Shown here: in pieces, positions 38,462 through 52,209 of the stretch
Layout: each line of letters opens with the position of its first letter
How positions within the stretch are numbered: position 1 is the first letter of the stretch
Assembly (NCBI GenBank): GCA_951406725.2
Contig: OX597816.1
Span: forward strand, 170,190,001 to 170,254,000
Direction of reading: 5' to 3'
Length of the DNA stretch: 64,000 bases
Source of the DNA: Octopus vulgaris
Taxonomy: Eukaryota
Made by a program: the position numbers and the translations under genes
Notes under the pieces: generated by a model
Database searches by the model: none
What the model was told of the DNA's origin: nothing
What the model saw: only the letters and a program-made list of their open reading frames with translations

Positions 38462-40512
38462 TGTGTAAATACGTCTAAGATTATTACATTTTGAAAGGAA
38501 GTGTTAGTCTGTGAAGTTAAACAGCGGAAATCGGTCGGTAAATGATGCTCTGATAATTTTGGATAACGATAATGTAGAAAGTCCACAATTTCCGTTAGCA
38601 GCTATTCAGGAACAAGTTAATGATTTGTACTTTCAACTTACGTAGGCCTTCTAGATAAAGTCCTGCTTAGCAAAAGCATACCATGTCGATGCCGAGTTAG
38701 AAAGCAAAAAGTAACTGGATTAATAAGCGATTTAAGCCACAATTAATGGAGTAATACAAATGATAAATTATGTGAAGGGAACTATAAGTTATAAATTCCT
38801 ATAGAATCGTTACGATTCATTATGATTTGGCAACTGAAAATATTAAAGAAGGAGTTAGTTGAGCTACAAAATTCGGTTTCTCGGGAAGCAAAAATAGACC
38901 GGTGTTAAGATAGCCATCTAAGCTTTCTTTGACCCTAAACTTTAAAGCTTTATTATATAGGCTATGGCACATGCACAAAGAAACGAAAACATTGGAGAAA
39001 ATGAATATAAGAGATGCAACATTTGGAAACTAAGCCACGTTAATGTTTCCAAGGTTTAATATGGATATAGGGCGTCTGATGTGAAGTGTATGTCGACAGC
39101 TTTACAATAGCATAATGCCCCTTTTTTCTTTTCATCAACGAAACTTGAGATTTAATTCCATATCTGAGGAGAAGTAGTGCGAAAATCGAGTAGCCGCATC
39201 TGAAACGCGTTTGATTCTTATCTATCTAAAGCCTCTGTTAACTACCCTGTGGCTCGTTCCCATTTTCAAAAGTTAGTTATATAATAGATAACCTTGCTGC
39301 GTAACCGTCAGTTATATGTTGAATGCATCCCCTCCCACTGCTTTTGTAAATTATATCTCTTTATTCCTTATTATGGAATGTGTGTGCTAAGAAGGAAATC
39401 AATATGAACTGAGAAGCAGAACGGTATTACTCGCCATAGGAAATCTAAGGAGTTACCGTGATCTGAATTAAATTGGAAGGATGCAATTTGGGGTACCATA
39501 TGGACAGATAAAGTAGAAAATTTGGTCAATCAGTGTGTATTGATATTGATAAATACCTGCCAGTAGACCAAGCGTTGAGTTTAACCTATTTGTGGCTTGA
39601 TCATTTTTAGGCCTTCGTGTGAACTGGGTTTAAGTGGTAACGACGAATGATCTGAGATAAAGCTACCTTTCAAATTTCGTGCGCTGTCGGCAACTGGCAG
39701 CATCGATTAAGTAATACCATACAGTTTTAATGTGATGCGCCCCTCACGTTCATATCTAAATATTTGTTTTCTTTTTTTGTTCATAGTAGGGACACGATCT
39801 TTAAATCAATATATCCCTTCTTTATCAACAGCATTGGTGAGCCACAAGATTCCAAGTTTAGTAAATGACAAATCTGCAGTGACTCCGAATTTTCTGTTGT
39901 GGTTTTTAGCACTTCCATTAATAATAATAATAAAAAGTATTAGCAATTTATTGGCTTGGAGACATTTAACTTCCATTGTGAAGTGACAAATTTTTGACTG
40001 TCAACACAGTGATCAATTTAATAGTTTTTGTTTAAAAGAGAGAAAGAAATACGTGATTAATTGCCCTTCTACATGGGAAAGATAAATAACATTTAAGCTC
40101 ACCTTCCCATCATTGAGATAATACCAATAAATTAAAGAGCAAATTAGACCAATGTTAGAGAAAATGAACAATTATAACAAGTCAAACAAGAACTGTTTTA
40201 AGAAACTTCATTCCGTTTTAAATCAAAGCACCTTCATCGCCACGGCAATGAAGACACTGATGAAGACTATGATAATTACAATGATGATTATACTATATGA
40301 TAATAGTATTATTGATTGCGATAAATTATTTATCCCATTAACACAACTTCAGGAATTTACTGGAGTGGGACAGTAAACACGTATTTGACACGTTAAGACA
40401 AGATTGATACTTATTGTATTGAACCTACACTAAGACTTTGGATGCAGATAACAATGTAAAACCGCTCCTGCTGTTGGAGCTGCTGTTGCTAATACTAATG
40501 TTGCTACTGCAG

Positions 40513-40740
<228 letters not shown>

Positions 40741-40829
40741 AAACCGTATGAAGCCATGAAGATGATGAATACTTTTGAAACAACTAATGATGCAAAAGGG
40801 TTGGAACCACCGACGGTGAAGGTATAGAG

Positions 40830-42507
40830 GCATGGAGAGGCTGGACAGGCTCCTGCAGATCGACATCAAACAAATCACTAGAATGAATAAAAGAGAAAAT
40901 GCAAAAAGGAGATTAATAAAATTTCTCTTGAGAGTTTTATAAGAAGTGAACGACCTAGAAGAGTTTACAGACTAAGGATGAAACAAATATGAGAGGATAA
41001 CGTCTTTTTGAGGTCATTGAACAAAGGTTAGCCGAGCAGGTTATAGCAATTAGAACTAATAAATGGCTAACTGAAATTAGAATTGAAAAGATCAGAAGAA
41101 AAATCGGAAATAGACCAGGGGAGAAAGAAGTATAAGGAGTGGCTGATGGAGTCACAACATTCGAGAAAGTAATCACAGAATTAGAATGAACTCAAACGAT
41201 ACATGAAAACAATAATTGGGAATGTAAAATTAGCGAGGTTAGATGAAGAAAAATACACTCTTGACAACAGTTCTAAAAACAAAATGTAAAATGATCCTGA
41301 ATATATCGCAGCGGACTTAGAATTTTATATATAGGAATAACTTTTTTACGTGAATTACAAAAAGAAAATGACATATTATATATGGTTCCAACGAATGATA
41401 AATCCCAAGCAAATATTTTCATATAAAACTTTAGCAAATGTGGTAGTGGAAGCAGTAGAATGTAAAAGTGGGAATAACGGAAATAACATGGAAACGCAAC
41501 GAAGAAAGAGAATTCGTTGTAAGTTGAACAAAGTCTGGATTTGGAGAAAATCAGCAGATTGAAAATCAAAGAGTTACATGATGAAATATTTAGAAAAAGG
41601 ATTGGTCAGAGATTACAAAATTGCACGAAATATGTCCGAGCAGTCAAGACAAAATGTAATAACAGTTAATGCAGAATTAGAAAGGTACAGTGCTGGACAT
41701 GAACAGAACAAACAGAATAGATTGTTCCATTCACATCAGAAAAAGTTGTTTGATGAATTAGGAGATAAAATACATGAAGTAGTTATTCCGGATGCTGAAA
41801 AGAATAAAGGTATTTTTAGTAGAATTCGGAGACAACTAATCGAATATAACAACAAAACAGAATAGTTAAGAAACTAGGAGGCAGAATGAGAAAGCATAGA
41901 GAAACAGAGAAATATAATTATTGAAACAATAAATGAGAAGCAGCTAAAAAATGCTAAATTGAAAGGGGCCTGAATCAGATGGTTTTCAAGGGGTTTGGCT
42001 GAAAGATTTTTTGTCTCTGTACAATAGAATCTTAAATCTGACAAACTTTATATTAGAACAAGAAATTGTGTCCTACCTTGGATGACTACTGGATTGAATG
42101 TGCTGTGGGTTAAGGATATTGACAAGGGAAACATAGTTCTTAATTTTAGGCCGATAGTTTTTTTTCTCGTTTTAATGCAGAAGCTCTCTGTGGGTATATT
42201 AGCAGAAGGCCTAGATGGTTATCTTGAGAAGAAAGGCATTTTGCCGATGGATCAGAAAGGGAGGCCCAAAGATCAACTGTTGATTGAAAAAAGGGTAATA
42301 AAGAACTGTAGAAGAAGAAATTTGAGAATTACCTGGATAGATTACAAAAAGGATTACGATTTGTACCGCATTGACGGGGCAGAAAAAATATAGAAATCTA
42401 TGGTGTGATAGATAAGGTCAAGCCATTAGTCTGTAGCGTAATGAAACAACGGAACACCAAACTAGAAGCTGGCACACAGTTATTTGTATAAATTAACAAA
42501 AAGTGAG
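40830..42507 (+). mobile_element. Degenerate R4/Dong-like LINE (RT N-half), continuing at 44110-44170
   Basis: QNKQNRLFHSHQKKLFDEL, WMTTG..NFRPI, KDQLLIEK..WIDYKKDYD; the GIFQGDSLSPL-like motif resumes after the pogo insertion. Confidence 0.8.
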
Positions 42508-42509
42508 TA

Positions 42510-44107
42510 GGGGAGACCGGGTCTAGTTGTTACATTTTTTCATTTATTTTGCCTTGGCACCCACATAAATGAACACAGCTGAAGTTTCTTTTCAGATTTA
42601 ATTAGTAAAACATCTCTATTTATTGTTATCACCATCAAAAAACAGAAATTACATAACATTAATTAGACATGTTCTAATTAATGAGGTGGTGTCAGCTGTA
42701 ACAATTTTTCCCAAGTACAGGGTACGTTGTGACACTTACCGGGGTACTTTGTTACAACTGTCACTAACTCGGAATTATGTTAACAAACAACTCTAAAATG
42801 AATACGTCTCCTGCTTCTTGCATCTAGGAAGTATTATTTTAATTAATTAACTATGCTTTGAACCACGTCATTTCCTAACTGTGATACTTAGAGTCCTCAT
42901 CAGCCAATTTCTCCATTGTTACATGTACCATCTAGTCGGAAGCGTCCTCCTTTAACTTCTCACCACAATAATCACACAGAAAGTCCTGTCGTCATCGGCA
43001 CAGTCAGTGTGTGCCCAGTCTTTACAGATCATGCACTGCACCCATTCTTCACCTGGAAGGGAGTTCGAATACCAATCTGATCAGAGAAGGCATTTCCAAT
43101 CGGCGACTTGCTTTCTGTGAGGCTGCTTCCCTTTGCCTTTACCTGTTTTAGTTTATTATCCCTTCCCCTTTGTTGCCTTTTCTGTACTATGCACTGTTTT
43201 ACGGGGGTTAGGGTTAGAATGGCCGTTTGGCACCTCTTGCGACTTCCACGACCTCGACCTGTCTTACTAGGGGAAGCCTTTCTTAATGGGCGCAACATCT
43301 CTGGGCTTGTAACAACACCAGCAGGAAAACTTGGGTCTGGTGTAGGTTGGTCTGTCGGATCGTCTTGCCGTTTATTGACCTGATCGCCTGGTTGAACGTC
43401 TGACTGGTCGTCTGGCTGCAAGTCAGGCTGGTTATCTGGCTGCATGCCAAACGACCCGTCAGGACAGTTGTCTGGCTGCAATTCAGACTGGACTTCAGCT
43501 TGTTTCGGAGCAGGATGGTCCGTGACGTATCGGCTGACGTTCTGTTAGCATCTTGAAAGGTTAGTGTAAGGGATACCGGTAACTTCATATCTAATGAGCA
43601 TGAAACCTACCAAATCTTTGGCAACATCCCGTAATGATTTCTTTTCATCCACAACCTTTCTGGCGGCTCTTTCCATGTAGTCTTCCATTTGTAATTTCTA
43701 GGCATGGCGTGTTAAACTGAAATACAAGGGGTAAGTTGTTACATGGATTTCTGGGGTTACCTCGTAGACAGCACTAGCAATGCACGGCATCCAGGACACA
43801 GCTTCATGTATTCAAGGCAACTTCCAGCACTTCCTAATGAGCCACAAACTACTTCAGTAACACCACTTGTGCTTTAGATGTTAAGGAAATAACTTTGTGG
43901 CAACATTTCACTTTTGGAGTAAAAAATCGGTTTTTTTTTAGCCATACCTTTCCTGGTGACAGCCCGCCAGTGCAATACACATGTGCAGTCATCATGCTAT
44001 GGAGTTGGCCTTCACTAGGTAGAGACCCCAGTGCCACCTATTTTTTTAAGTTGGAAACAATGGGCTTGTAACAACTTACCCGTGTAACAACTAGGCCCAC
44101 TCTCCCC
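42510..44107 (-). mobile_element. Internally deleted pogo-like DNA transposon (psq-type HTH + PHD-like finger, no DDE)
   Basis: TIR GGGGAGAnnGGGnCTAGTTGTTACA at both ends, TA TSD; MPRNYK..MERAARKVVDEKKSLRDVAKD; SPEMLRP..AILTLTPVK; EEWVQCMICKDWAHTDC..CDYC. Confidence 0.85.
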
Positions 44108-44559
44108 TAATATTTTAGGGAGAAACTGTTTAACCACTTTCATTCGTTATAGCTGTCATATCAGTTGCTAACATACTATGGAATGTAAAGGGAGTGTGAA
44201 ATGAAAACCAGTTGTGGTACGAAATCATATGGATGCGGAAAAAGAGGGTAACCATCATAGAAGTAACTGTAGTAGTATTAGTGACAATATTGCAAAATGC
44301 ATAGAGAATATTGCAGTTATCAGATCTATGGGAAAGAGTGCTAATGGTTTCACATTTAGGCACGAGGCCAGTAATTTCGTTTGACGTGAGTTTACCAGTA
44401 CCATCCATCCTACCATCGTGCTAGTTTATAGAAACCGGTTGAATGAAATGCAAATATGACCGCAACCACATTTGGACTCAGAATGTAATGACTCGGAAGA
44501 AACGATGCAAAGTATTTTTGCGAAACTCTAATATTTCTTCTATTTCATTTCCTTAAAAG

Positions 44560-47500
44560 TATGTATGCAGCGAAAGCAAAAATACCAAACAAAAAGCGGA
44601 CAACAAAGATAAAGCATTTGGAATATAAATCAGAAAGAGAGAGACCCAACCTCTGCATATGCAAGACTGAATAAAATCAAATCAAACACTAGAATATATA
44701 TTAAGGAATATTAAACGTTGACAAGTGGAAATTATTTTATAATGTAAATAATTAAAGAAGGAAAGGCAATGGCATTTCTTGTGGAACAAAGAGTGTGCCT
44801 CCGAAAGTAAAACTTGACAGAAAAATTGCAACTGCAATCAGAGAACGCAGATCTGGCAATGGTAGAAAAACGGAAAAGGGACACGAACATCGGTGTCAGA
44901 ATGTTGAATGATGTAATATATGCAACAACCAAAATAGTTATTAGTTAAAGTGTGTAATACTTCAGATGTACTATTAAATGAATATCATAATCCAAATAGC
45001 ATGGGAAACAAACATGCATATTTCTACATGCAAGAAATAAATAAAGATCTCAATCTTTAGCTCATTGGAAAGCTGAAGAGATAATTTTTGCTGATATAAT
45101 TACGAATTTGTCAAAATATGAAAACAGCTGTTTAATATTGTTAAACAAACTACTAACTCTTGTTAGGAAAAGTGAGAATGATTCTTCGAACAAAATAAAC
45201 AGCAGTAGTGTACTCTCCTCGCACACAAAAAATTATCAAGAGCTATATAAAAATTAAGTAGTCATACCAACAAAATGTAGAAGGGTCCGTGTAGGAATAT
45301 GCACTAGGAAAAGATTAAAATGAGCGAGTCATAAAAATATATATACCACAAGAACAATCATGAGAGACTATGGCAACGCAAATAGTACAGACGCAACTAA
45401 AAACTATTTTTTGGAAGACACATGAGCTTAAAAATCCCAAATTTCTGGGTCGAATATTCGACATGTACAATGCGATTGTGGGAGATAAATTTAATATATT
45501 ACTGACATAGCTGATAACAATATCTGACTGGTTCACTGGGTTTAACATTATCTTGGTAAGCAAGACTACACATAAGAAATGTCATTAAAATCTCAGATAA
45601 TCTGAATGCATTCAGCTTGCGAAAACTTGAATAAACATAATGAAAAAAAGTCTTTCAGGAAGAGCCGGAATGATGCTACAAAGACAGCTATAATGGAGGA
45701 CAATAAACAACGACGTATATGAACACGTCATGGTTTAACTATTAGAAGGTTTTTGAGAATGATCACTATGCATGGATCTTGTATAAGCTACGTATATGGT
45801 CACACATCCATAATAGGTAGATACATCGAACATATGAATCACTGGCAAAAAAAACAGAAAAGGTATTGGCGAAAAATATTGCAGTTGGACTCCGTATTAC
45901 CATTTCCTTTCAGTCGGGTGCAAACAGCTTGGCAAACTCCTAATTCATATGAACAATATAAAAAAATGCTTCAATACAACAGTGAATGAAGGAGATTTAT
46001 TGAGAAAAGTAACACCATACACGATCCAGAAATGGAGATGAAAATGTGAGACAAACTTTCGAATATTTAGGATTTGATAAAATAGATGCTGTATGCTGTA
46101 GATATTGAGTAAAGCGAGTACTCCTCTAGGTGTACTCTTATATGACTATCAAAACCAAACAAACAACATGGAAAACAAAACTAGCAATCAGAAGAGAGAC
46201 AATTGTGGTCTTTTATTTAAAACATCATAATTTTTATCTCATGAAAGTTTGAGAAAAAAATGATAATCATTATTTGCATAATAACAAATAATTTGAAATA
46301 TAAAATCATGTTTAATTTTGTTAAACAGAGTAATAAACATCGGTATGAAAAAATGATATTCTCAAACAAACTAAACAGCTGGAGTATCCACCTGTAAGAG
46401 TAAAATTTGTGAAGATCTCAAATAGATATTCATGCCTAACCAACAACAAGTACAATAAAAGTTTAGGAAGGACTACTATAAAAGATTAATAAATCGTCTA
46501 TAGTATCCCTTTGTAGAGTATAGTATGAACAACAGGTACCAATGATTCAAGTTTCTCAGTAATAAGATATTATTAACGAGAAAATAAAACCAAAACTAAC
46601 GACTGTATATTAGAATACATTAATCAAAATCTGACATACAAAGATAATATTTATTACGAATACAAAACTGGAGGTGATTTATGTATCTTTAAAACGTATT
46701 ATTCGATATCCGAAATAAACAAAACAAAATGCTCTTTCCTGTCTTCAAACAAACAACATTTACAAAATAGAAGCAGAAATAATTGAATGTTGTGAACAGA
46801 AATATATTCTTTTCTACTCTAGGCATAAGGCCCGAAATTTTATGGGAGGGGATCAGTCGATATAATCGACCCCAGTACGCAACTGATACTTAATTTATCG
46901 ACCCCGAAAGGATGAAAGGCAAAGTCGACCTCGGCGGAATTTTGTGAATAGAAATATAAAGTAAGCACAGAAATTGTGAATAAAGCCTAAAATGTACCTT
47001 CAGAATGCCTTGCTAAACGTTGGCCTGAAAAGTCCTTGCCAACCCAATACCGGAAACAGCTGAATAGATTGGAAACCGAGAAGAGTAAAATTTCAAAACA
47101 GATTAAGAAGCTAGCTCAGACTTGAAACAGAAAGAGACTTGCATCAGGCACATGCTGACATTTCTACCACTAAAAGCCACCAACATATTTTAATAGATCA
47201 AAATAAAGCAAATATAGAGTATAAAGGAATGCGGAAGTGAAAATTTATCACAATTGTTTTGTATCCTGCTCTTAACCAGGAAAGAAATACATTTACAGTG
47301 TTTCGGGTTTTGTGTGGGAAGCCAGTATTAAGAAATTCTGATAGTATTGGTGCTGTATAATCAAGGACCCCAGAAAAAAAATACAGTACTTTAAGAAATG
47401 CCAGGAAGTTGAAAAGTAATAGACTGGATATTGTTGTCACGAACTACCAGGATAAAAAATGTTTTCCAATCGAATTATCGAATTATCGAATTATTCAATA

Positions 47501-47590
47501 ATTTAGCCAAAAATATAAACAGCTGAAGCTGAAAGTTTGAAAATATGGAATCAGAGATAACTAGACACTGAAAAGTGTCCCAATATTGAG
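44560..47590 (+). mobile_element. Very degenerate R4/Dong-like LINE
   Basis: Residual motifs SDWFTG, SWFNY*KVFENDHYAWIL, LDIVVTNYQDKKCFPIE, KYKQLK. Confidence 0.55.
46808..46942 (-). mobile_element. SINE family B 3' part
   Basis: aatcgaccccagtacgcaactgatacttaatttatcgaccccgaaaggatgaaaggcaaagtcgacctcggcggaattt. Confidence 0.85.
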
Positions 47591-47595
47591 GCCCA

Positions 47596-48708
47596 TCATC
47601 ATCATCATCATTGTTCGACCGTGGTCGAGACAATGGAATTTACTATGTTACGCCAGACTTCACGGTCCATCATAGCATTACGGAGGTCCTGTTGCTGGAT
47701 GCCTGTATCCCTGGAGATTACATCAGGGTAGGAGAGTGTGCGCCCTCTGATATTGCGAGTAGATGGCTTCCAGAGGAGAAGAGTAGAAATTACTTCTTTT
47801 TCAGCTCTACAACAATGTCCAGCAAACTGGACTCTCCTACCTTTCACAAGAGATGACACAGGTGGTAATTTCCCATATATTTGCATTTTGGTTGGATGGC
47901 GCTTCCACGAGAGATTTTGAGCTCTCATAAGGAGGCGAGTGTAGGTTCCATCCAACCGCCTCTCAAGCTTCTTTGATAATGTCCAGGTTTCTGAGCCATA
48001 TAGTAGAATTGGTTCGACTGTGGCTTTGAATATTTCAAGTTTGAAGTCTCTACTTAGATTTGATGACCAGATCTTATGCATGTCATTACAGGCTGACCAG
48101 GCCATACCCTTTCTAGTTAGAAAGTCTTTTCCAGATGATGATATGTATGACCCAAGATATTTATAATCAGAAACCATATTTAAAGGCGCACTGTTGAGAG
48201 TGTGGATGATGCAATCACTGTTGGACAGGCACTTGTTTATGTATTCAGTTTTGGCCTCATTGAGGTAAAGACCTACGCAATTTGAGGCTTGTTCAAGAGA
48301 TTGTAAAAGAGACTGGGCATTGGAGAGAGAATCACTGATAAGAGCGATGTCGTCAGCAAAGTCAGTGTCTGTCAAGTACTCAGCTGGGTGTCTGGAACTT
48401 CTTCTTCGTTTTATTTCAAAGCCCTTGCCAGAGATGGTATCAACTGACATACGTAGCACATAATCAACAACAATGATGAAAAGAAACGGGGCGAGTGTGT
48501 CTCCCTGCAGTATTCCGGCTTTGATTGAGAAAGATGATGTTTCTCCATCAGGGGTTAAGATGGTTGAAGACGTATCTGTGTAGAGGACCTTGATGGCAGA
48601 AATAATTTTGTCTGGTATCCCATAGAGCTTAAGGATTTCAAACATCTTGTACCTATCTACAGAATCGAACGCTTTAGAAAAGTCTACAAATACCATTGCA
48701 AGATCGCG
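47596..48708 (-). mobile_element. Young 5'-truncated RTE-clade LINE with TSD
   Basis: (TGA)n tail; ~11-bp TSD attgaggccca at 47585-47595 and 48709-48719. Confidence 0.92.
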
Positions 48709-48720
48709 ATTGAGGCCCAA
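47608..48720 (-). CDS. Reverse transcriptase, N-terminally truncated, uninterrupted 370-codon frame
   Basis: FVDFSKAFDSV, GILQGDTLAPFLF, DFADD, YKYLGS, LLYGSETW, FAGHC; the annotated start lies in flank/TSD, so it is not a native start. Confidence 0.85.
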   Translation of the reverse strand: MGLNRDLAMVFVDFSKAFDSVDRYKMFEILKLYGIPDKIISAIKVLYTDTSSTILTPDGETSSFSIKAGILQGDTLAPFLFIIVVDYVLRMSVDTISGKGFEIKRRRSSRHPAEYLTDTDFADDIALISDSLSNAQSLLQSLEQASNCVGLYLNEAKTEYINKCLSNSDCIIHTLNSAPLNMVSDYKYLGSYISSSGKDFLTRKGMAWSACNDMHKIWSSNLSRDFKLEIFKATVEPILLYGSETWTLSKKLERRLDGTYTRLLMRAQNLSWKRHPTKMQIYGKLPPVSSLVKGRRVQFAGHCCRAEKEVISTLLLWKPSTRNIRGRTLSYPDVISRDTGIQQQDLRNAMMDREVWRNIVNSIVSTTVEQ

Positions 48721-48886
48721 TATTCACATAACATGAAGACAAGTAATAATTAAATAAATATGAACTATATACATAAATTAGCTCTACAAATACCATTGCA
48801 AGATCGCGATTGAGGCCCAATATTCACATAACATGAAGACAAGTAATAATTAAACAAATATGAACTATATACATAAATTAGCTCTA
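48683..48886. repeat. 100-bp direct tandem duplication
   Basis: 48683-48782 repeated at 48783-48882 with one mismatch; TCTA microhomology. Confidence 0.95.
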
Positions 48887-50509
48887 GTAGGGAATGAAAA
48901 CATTTAAACAGGTACTGTTGATACAATTAAAACATAGAACCAACAAGAAATATTGTAAATGACGAAGTGGCCTTGGGTCAGCGAATGAAAGAAGTAAACA
49001 ATCATCAACAACGAATGGTTGTTCACCCTGGAAACTGATTAGAATAGAATCTTAGTAGTTTTAGTAAGAGACCAACGGTAGAAGAAACTAGATTAGGAGA
49101 TGTAGCCGCGGATCTATGACATTTTAAACGTAAATTTTAAAAAACAAGGAAAATGCTAAAGGAAAGGAAATTGCTAGCATCTAGTATTGTTACTAGTTAC
49201 ATCTCGTTTAGAGATTTTAGAACTAGCTACTTTGCTCGTTACGAGATCAGCAGCCCTCTGCCGCTTTTCTGTTTATATATTGTGAGAAGGGACGATTGGC
49301 TACGTATAGTGTGGCTCGTAATTTTTTGTTTATATGCACTGACCAAACTCCTGCTATAACGCACACTTTCAATACGTTAATTATGAAGTGACGATCAATA
49401 AATTTTACAAAAATATTTGAAATTTTCGATGTTATTCACATTTACTTAATCGTTGTTAATGGATGTTTTTTGCAAGATTTAAGTAGTATTCTCTTGTGTA
49501 AAATATCCTTCGGGTTCTACTGTTAAAGGTTCTTCTGTTGATTGTCTACTCTTTTTCTCTCATTTATAATTTATAGTTTCAGAAATAATCATGAATTTAT
49601 TTCTTGAAAGAAAAGTTTCATACATTATGGAGAATAAGCGGAGGAATGTTCAAAGTGAAAAATATTTTTGATGATAAATGAATGTTACAGATTAATAATA
49701 ATATTCTAGAACAACAATTGCTTGTTGAATATACTTTATCAGTGCCTACAGATCGATTGTCAAGGCGTTTACATAAATAGTCACACCCATTTAGGTGCAC
49801 CAATTACATATGGAATGATATTCTATAAATTCCATAATAATTTTAATACAACAGCAGTCTCAGCGTAATTCAGCTTTTCAGCTGGTTTAGCACAGAATCA
49901 GAGGTGTTTGCTTTGCTATGTCTATAAATATGGTATTGTCATTTCTCTCTTCGGGAATTTCTTTAGGCTTATTACGTATACTAAGATTCTGTAGAATTTT
50001 GTAATTGTCATTTTCTGTAAGGAGGAAGGCATAATATTACTACCACAGGTTTTGTTTTTCTTTAAAGGAATCGACGTTTGATGGCGAACTTTATCTAGAG
50101 TAGTTCTATAATGATATTGTGTCTCAAAGTATATTTTGCCGGCGTTAATGTGAGATAAACTTAAATAACTCAGATGATTGTTTCCGGAAATGTTTCAAAG
50201 AGAGGACATGACGACATGTTTCCTCTATACTGTAGGTTGTTTCTTTTCAAAACCCCTATTATATATTACGAGGTCACTGGCTTGTTGCTGTTTCACCAAG
50301 GTTTTTGATTCTTTACCCAAGAAGGTCTTTCATTTTATACAATTGACCCGATCCGCTCCTGGTCTTTGTTTATAATCTTGTGCTTACTTTTGTTGGACAT
50401 GTATGCATCAGTTTAAAAACAATCGTATTAGAAAAAGCAATGGGGATTCTAGAACATGCTTTCCCAGACGTAGTTAATTAATTCTGCAAAGAACTCAAAT
50501 ATATGCCTC

Positions 50510-50818
<309 letters not shown>

Positions 50819-51479
50819 CACATTATCGCATTCTAGCTTTCCACATGAGTTTTTCTTCTGCTACTTAGAATATATTCCTAGAAAGTATGTGCGATGGAAA
50901 GAGAGGAAAAGCAGCGTGACGGCCTGTTGTTGTGGGCAATCTGTCTGCGCAAACAGACTAATTAGGATTTGTATTTGTGATGGTTCACAGGTTAAAATAT
51001 ACATAACAGTAATATTCCGAGAATCAGTAAACCAAAGAAAAGACTTTCTGTTTTATTTTTCAAATAAGTAAACAGGCGAATTTCTGATACAGTTTCGGGA
51101 TACGACATTTGATCTTGTTATTCATCAATTCACATCGTTTTGCTGGACGCCGGGCAGTATATTCTATTTTGTGAAGTCATGATTGCGACCATTATTTAAT
51201 CACAAAGCTGAATAATTTTACTTGCTGTTTGCTTTGCTAACTGTTACTGTAGTTGCTCACATGTATATACGTGCATGCGCGCGCGTATGCATGTGTGTTT
51301 GTGTGTATTGTGTGTGTGTGTGTGTGTGCGTGCATGTGTATGCGTATTATATATGCAAAGAAAATATACGGCTATAGCAACAACAATAACGAGCAACAAA
51401 ACGAATTCAAGTTCATGGCAACATAAGCATATCGACATTCAGACATGCCTCATATCATCATAACATAGTTCATTTGTCG

Positions 51480-52175
51480 TTGCCATCAATGAACAAGGAC
51501 ATTACATGGAAGAAGAAAACGGGGCCCGGTGTATCCGGCTGTGGCCAGTCAATCCGCTGCATGCTCGGAAGGATTTGTCCATCTTACTTACATCTGCATC
51601 GCGCTAATTCGATGTAAAACACTCTGTTGAGAAGTCATGTGTTAGGCATTTGAACAAAGTCACCTTCCCAACTGACTTCCGCTCTTCGCAGCAGTGTATA
51701 AGTGCCTGGTAGATCAGCTCGAGTGAGGACCTCTGTGTTTGGGATCTTATCTCGCCAGGTGATTTTTAGTAGCCCTCTCCGATAGTCCAAGTGAAAACGG
51801 CTTAAAATTTCGCAGATGTACAGGAGCATAGGCAGTAAAACTGCTCGGTCCGCCTAAAATTCGTGTAGCCAACCCAACGCTTCTCATCTTCCACACTGAT
51901 TCTGAGATTCCCTTTGCGATGCATGTGTCGACTTCATTTACAGATCTGAAGAGTGTGTTGTCGAAGTATGTGAACTTATCTACAACCTTCAGCGCTTCTC
52001 CTTTGACGGTAACAGCTGTTTCACCTTACGGCTTCTACGGAGCAGGATGGTACATGACCTCTGTCTCCAGAGTGCTGAATGCGAGGTCAAATTTAGTGCA
52101 GATATTAGGAAATCAGGTCATGCTCTGCTGCATCTGGGCGTCCGTGATGCCTCGAGTGCACAATCGTCTGCGAAC
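51480..52175 (-). mobile_element. Degenerate RTE (BovB-like) 3' fragment
   Basis: LKVVDKFTYF, LLKITWRDKIPNTEVLTRADLP. Confidence 0.8.
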
Positions 52176-52209
52176 ATGAAGTCAAGCGTAAACTACTATA
52201 TCTTTCCTC

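Noticed and set aside
50880-51250. Apparently unique stretch with transcription-factor-like motifs
   Set aside because: Such short motifs are expected by chance in AT-rich DNA; no conservation data available.
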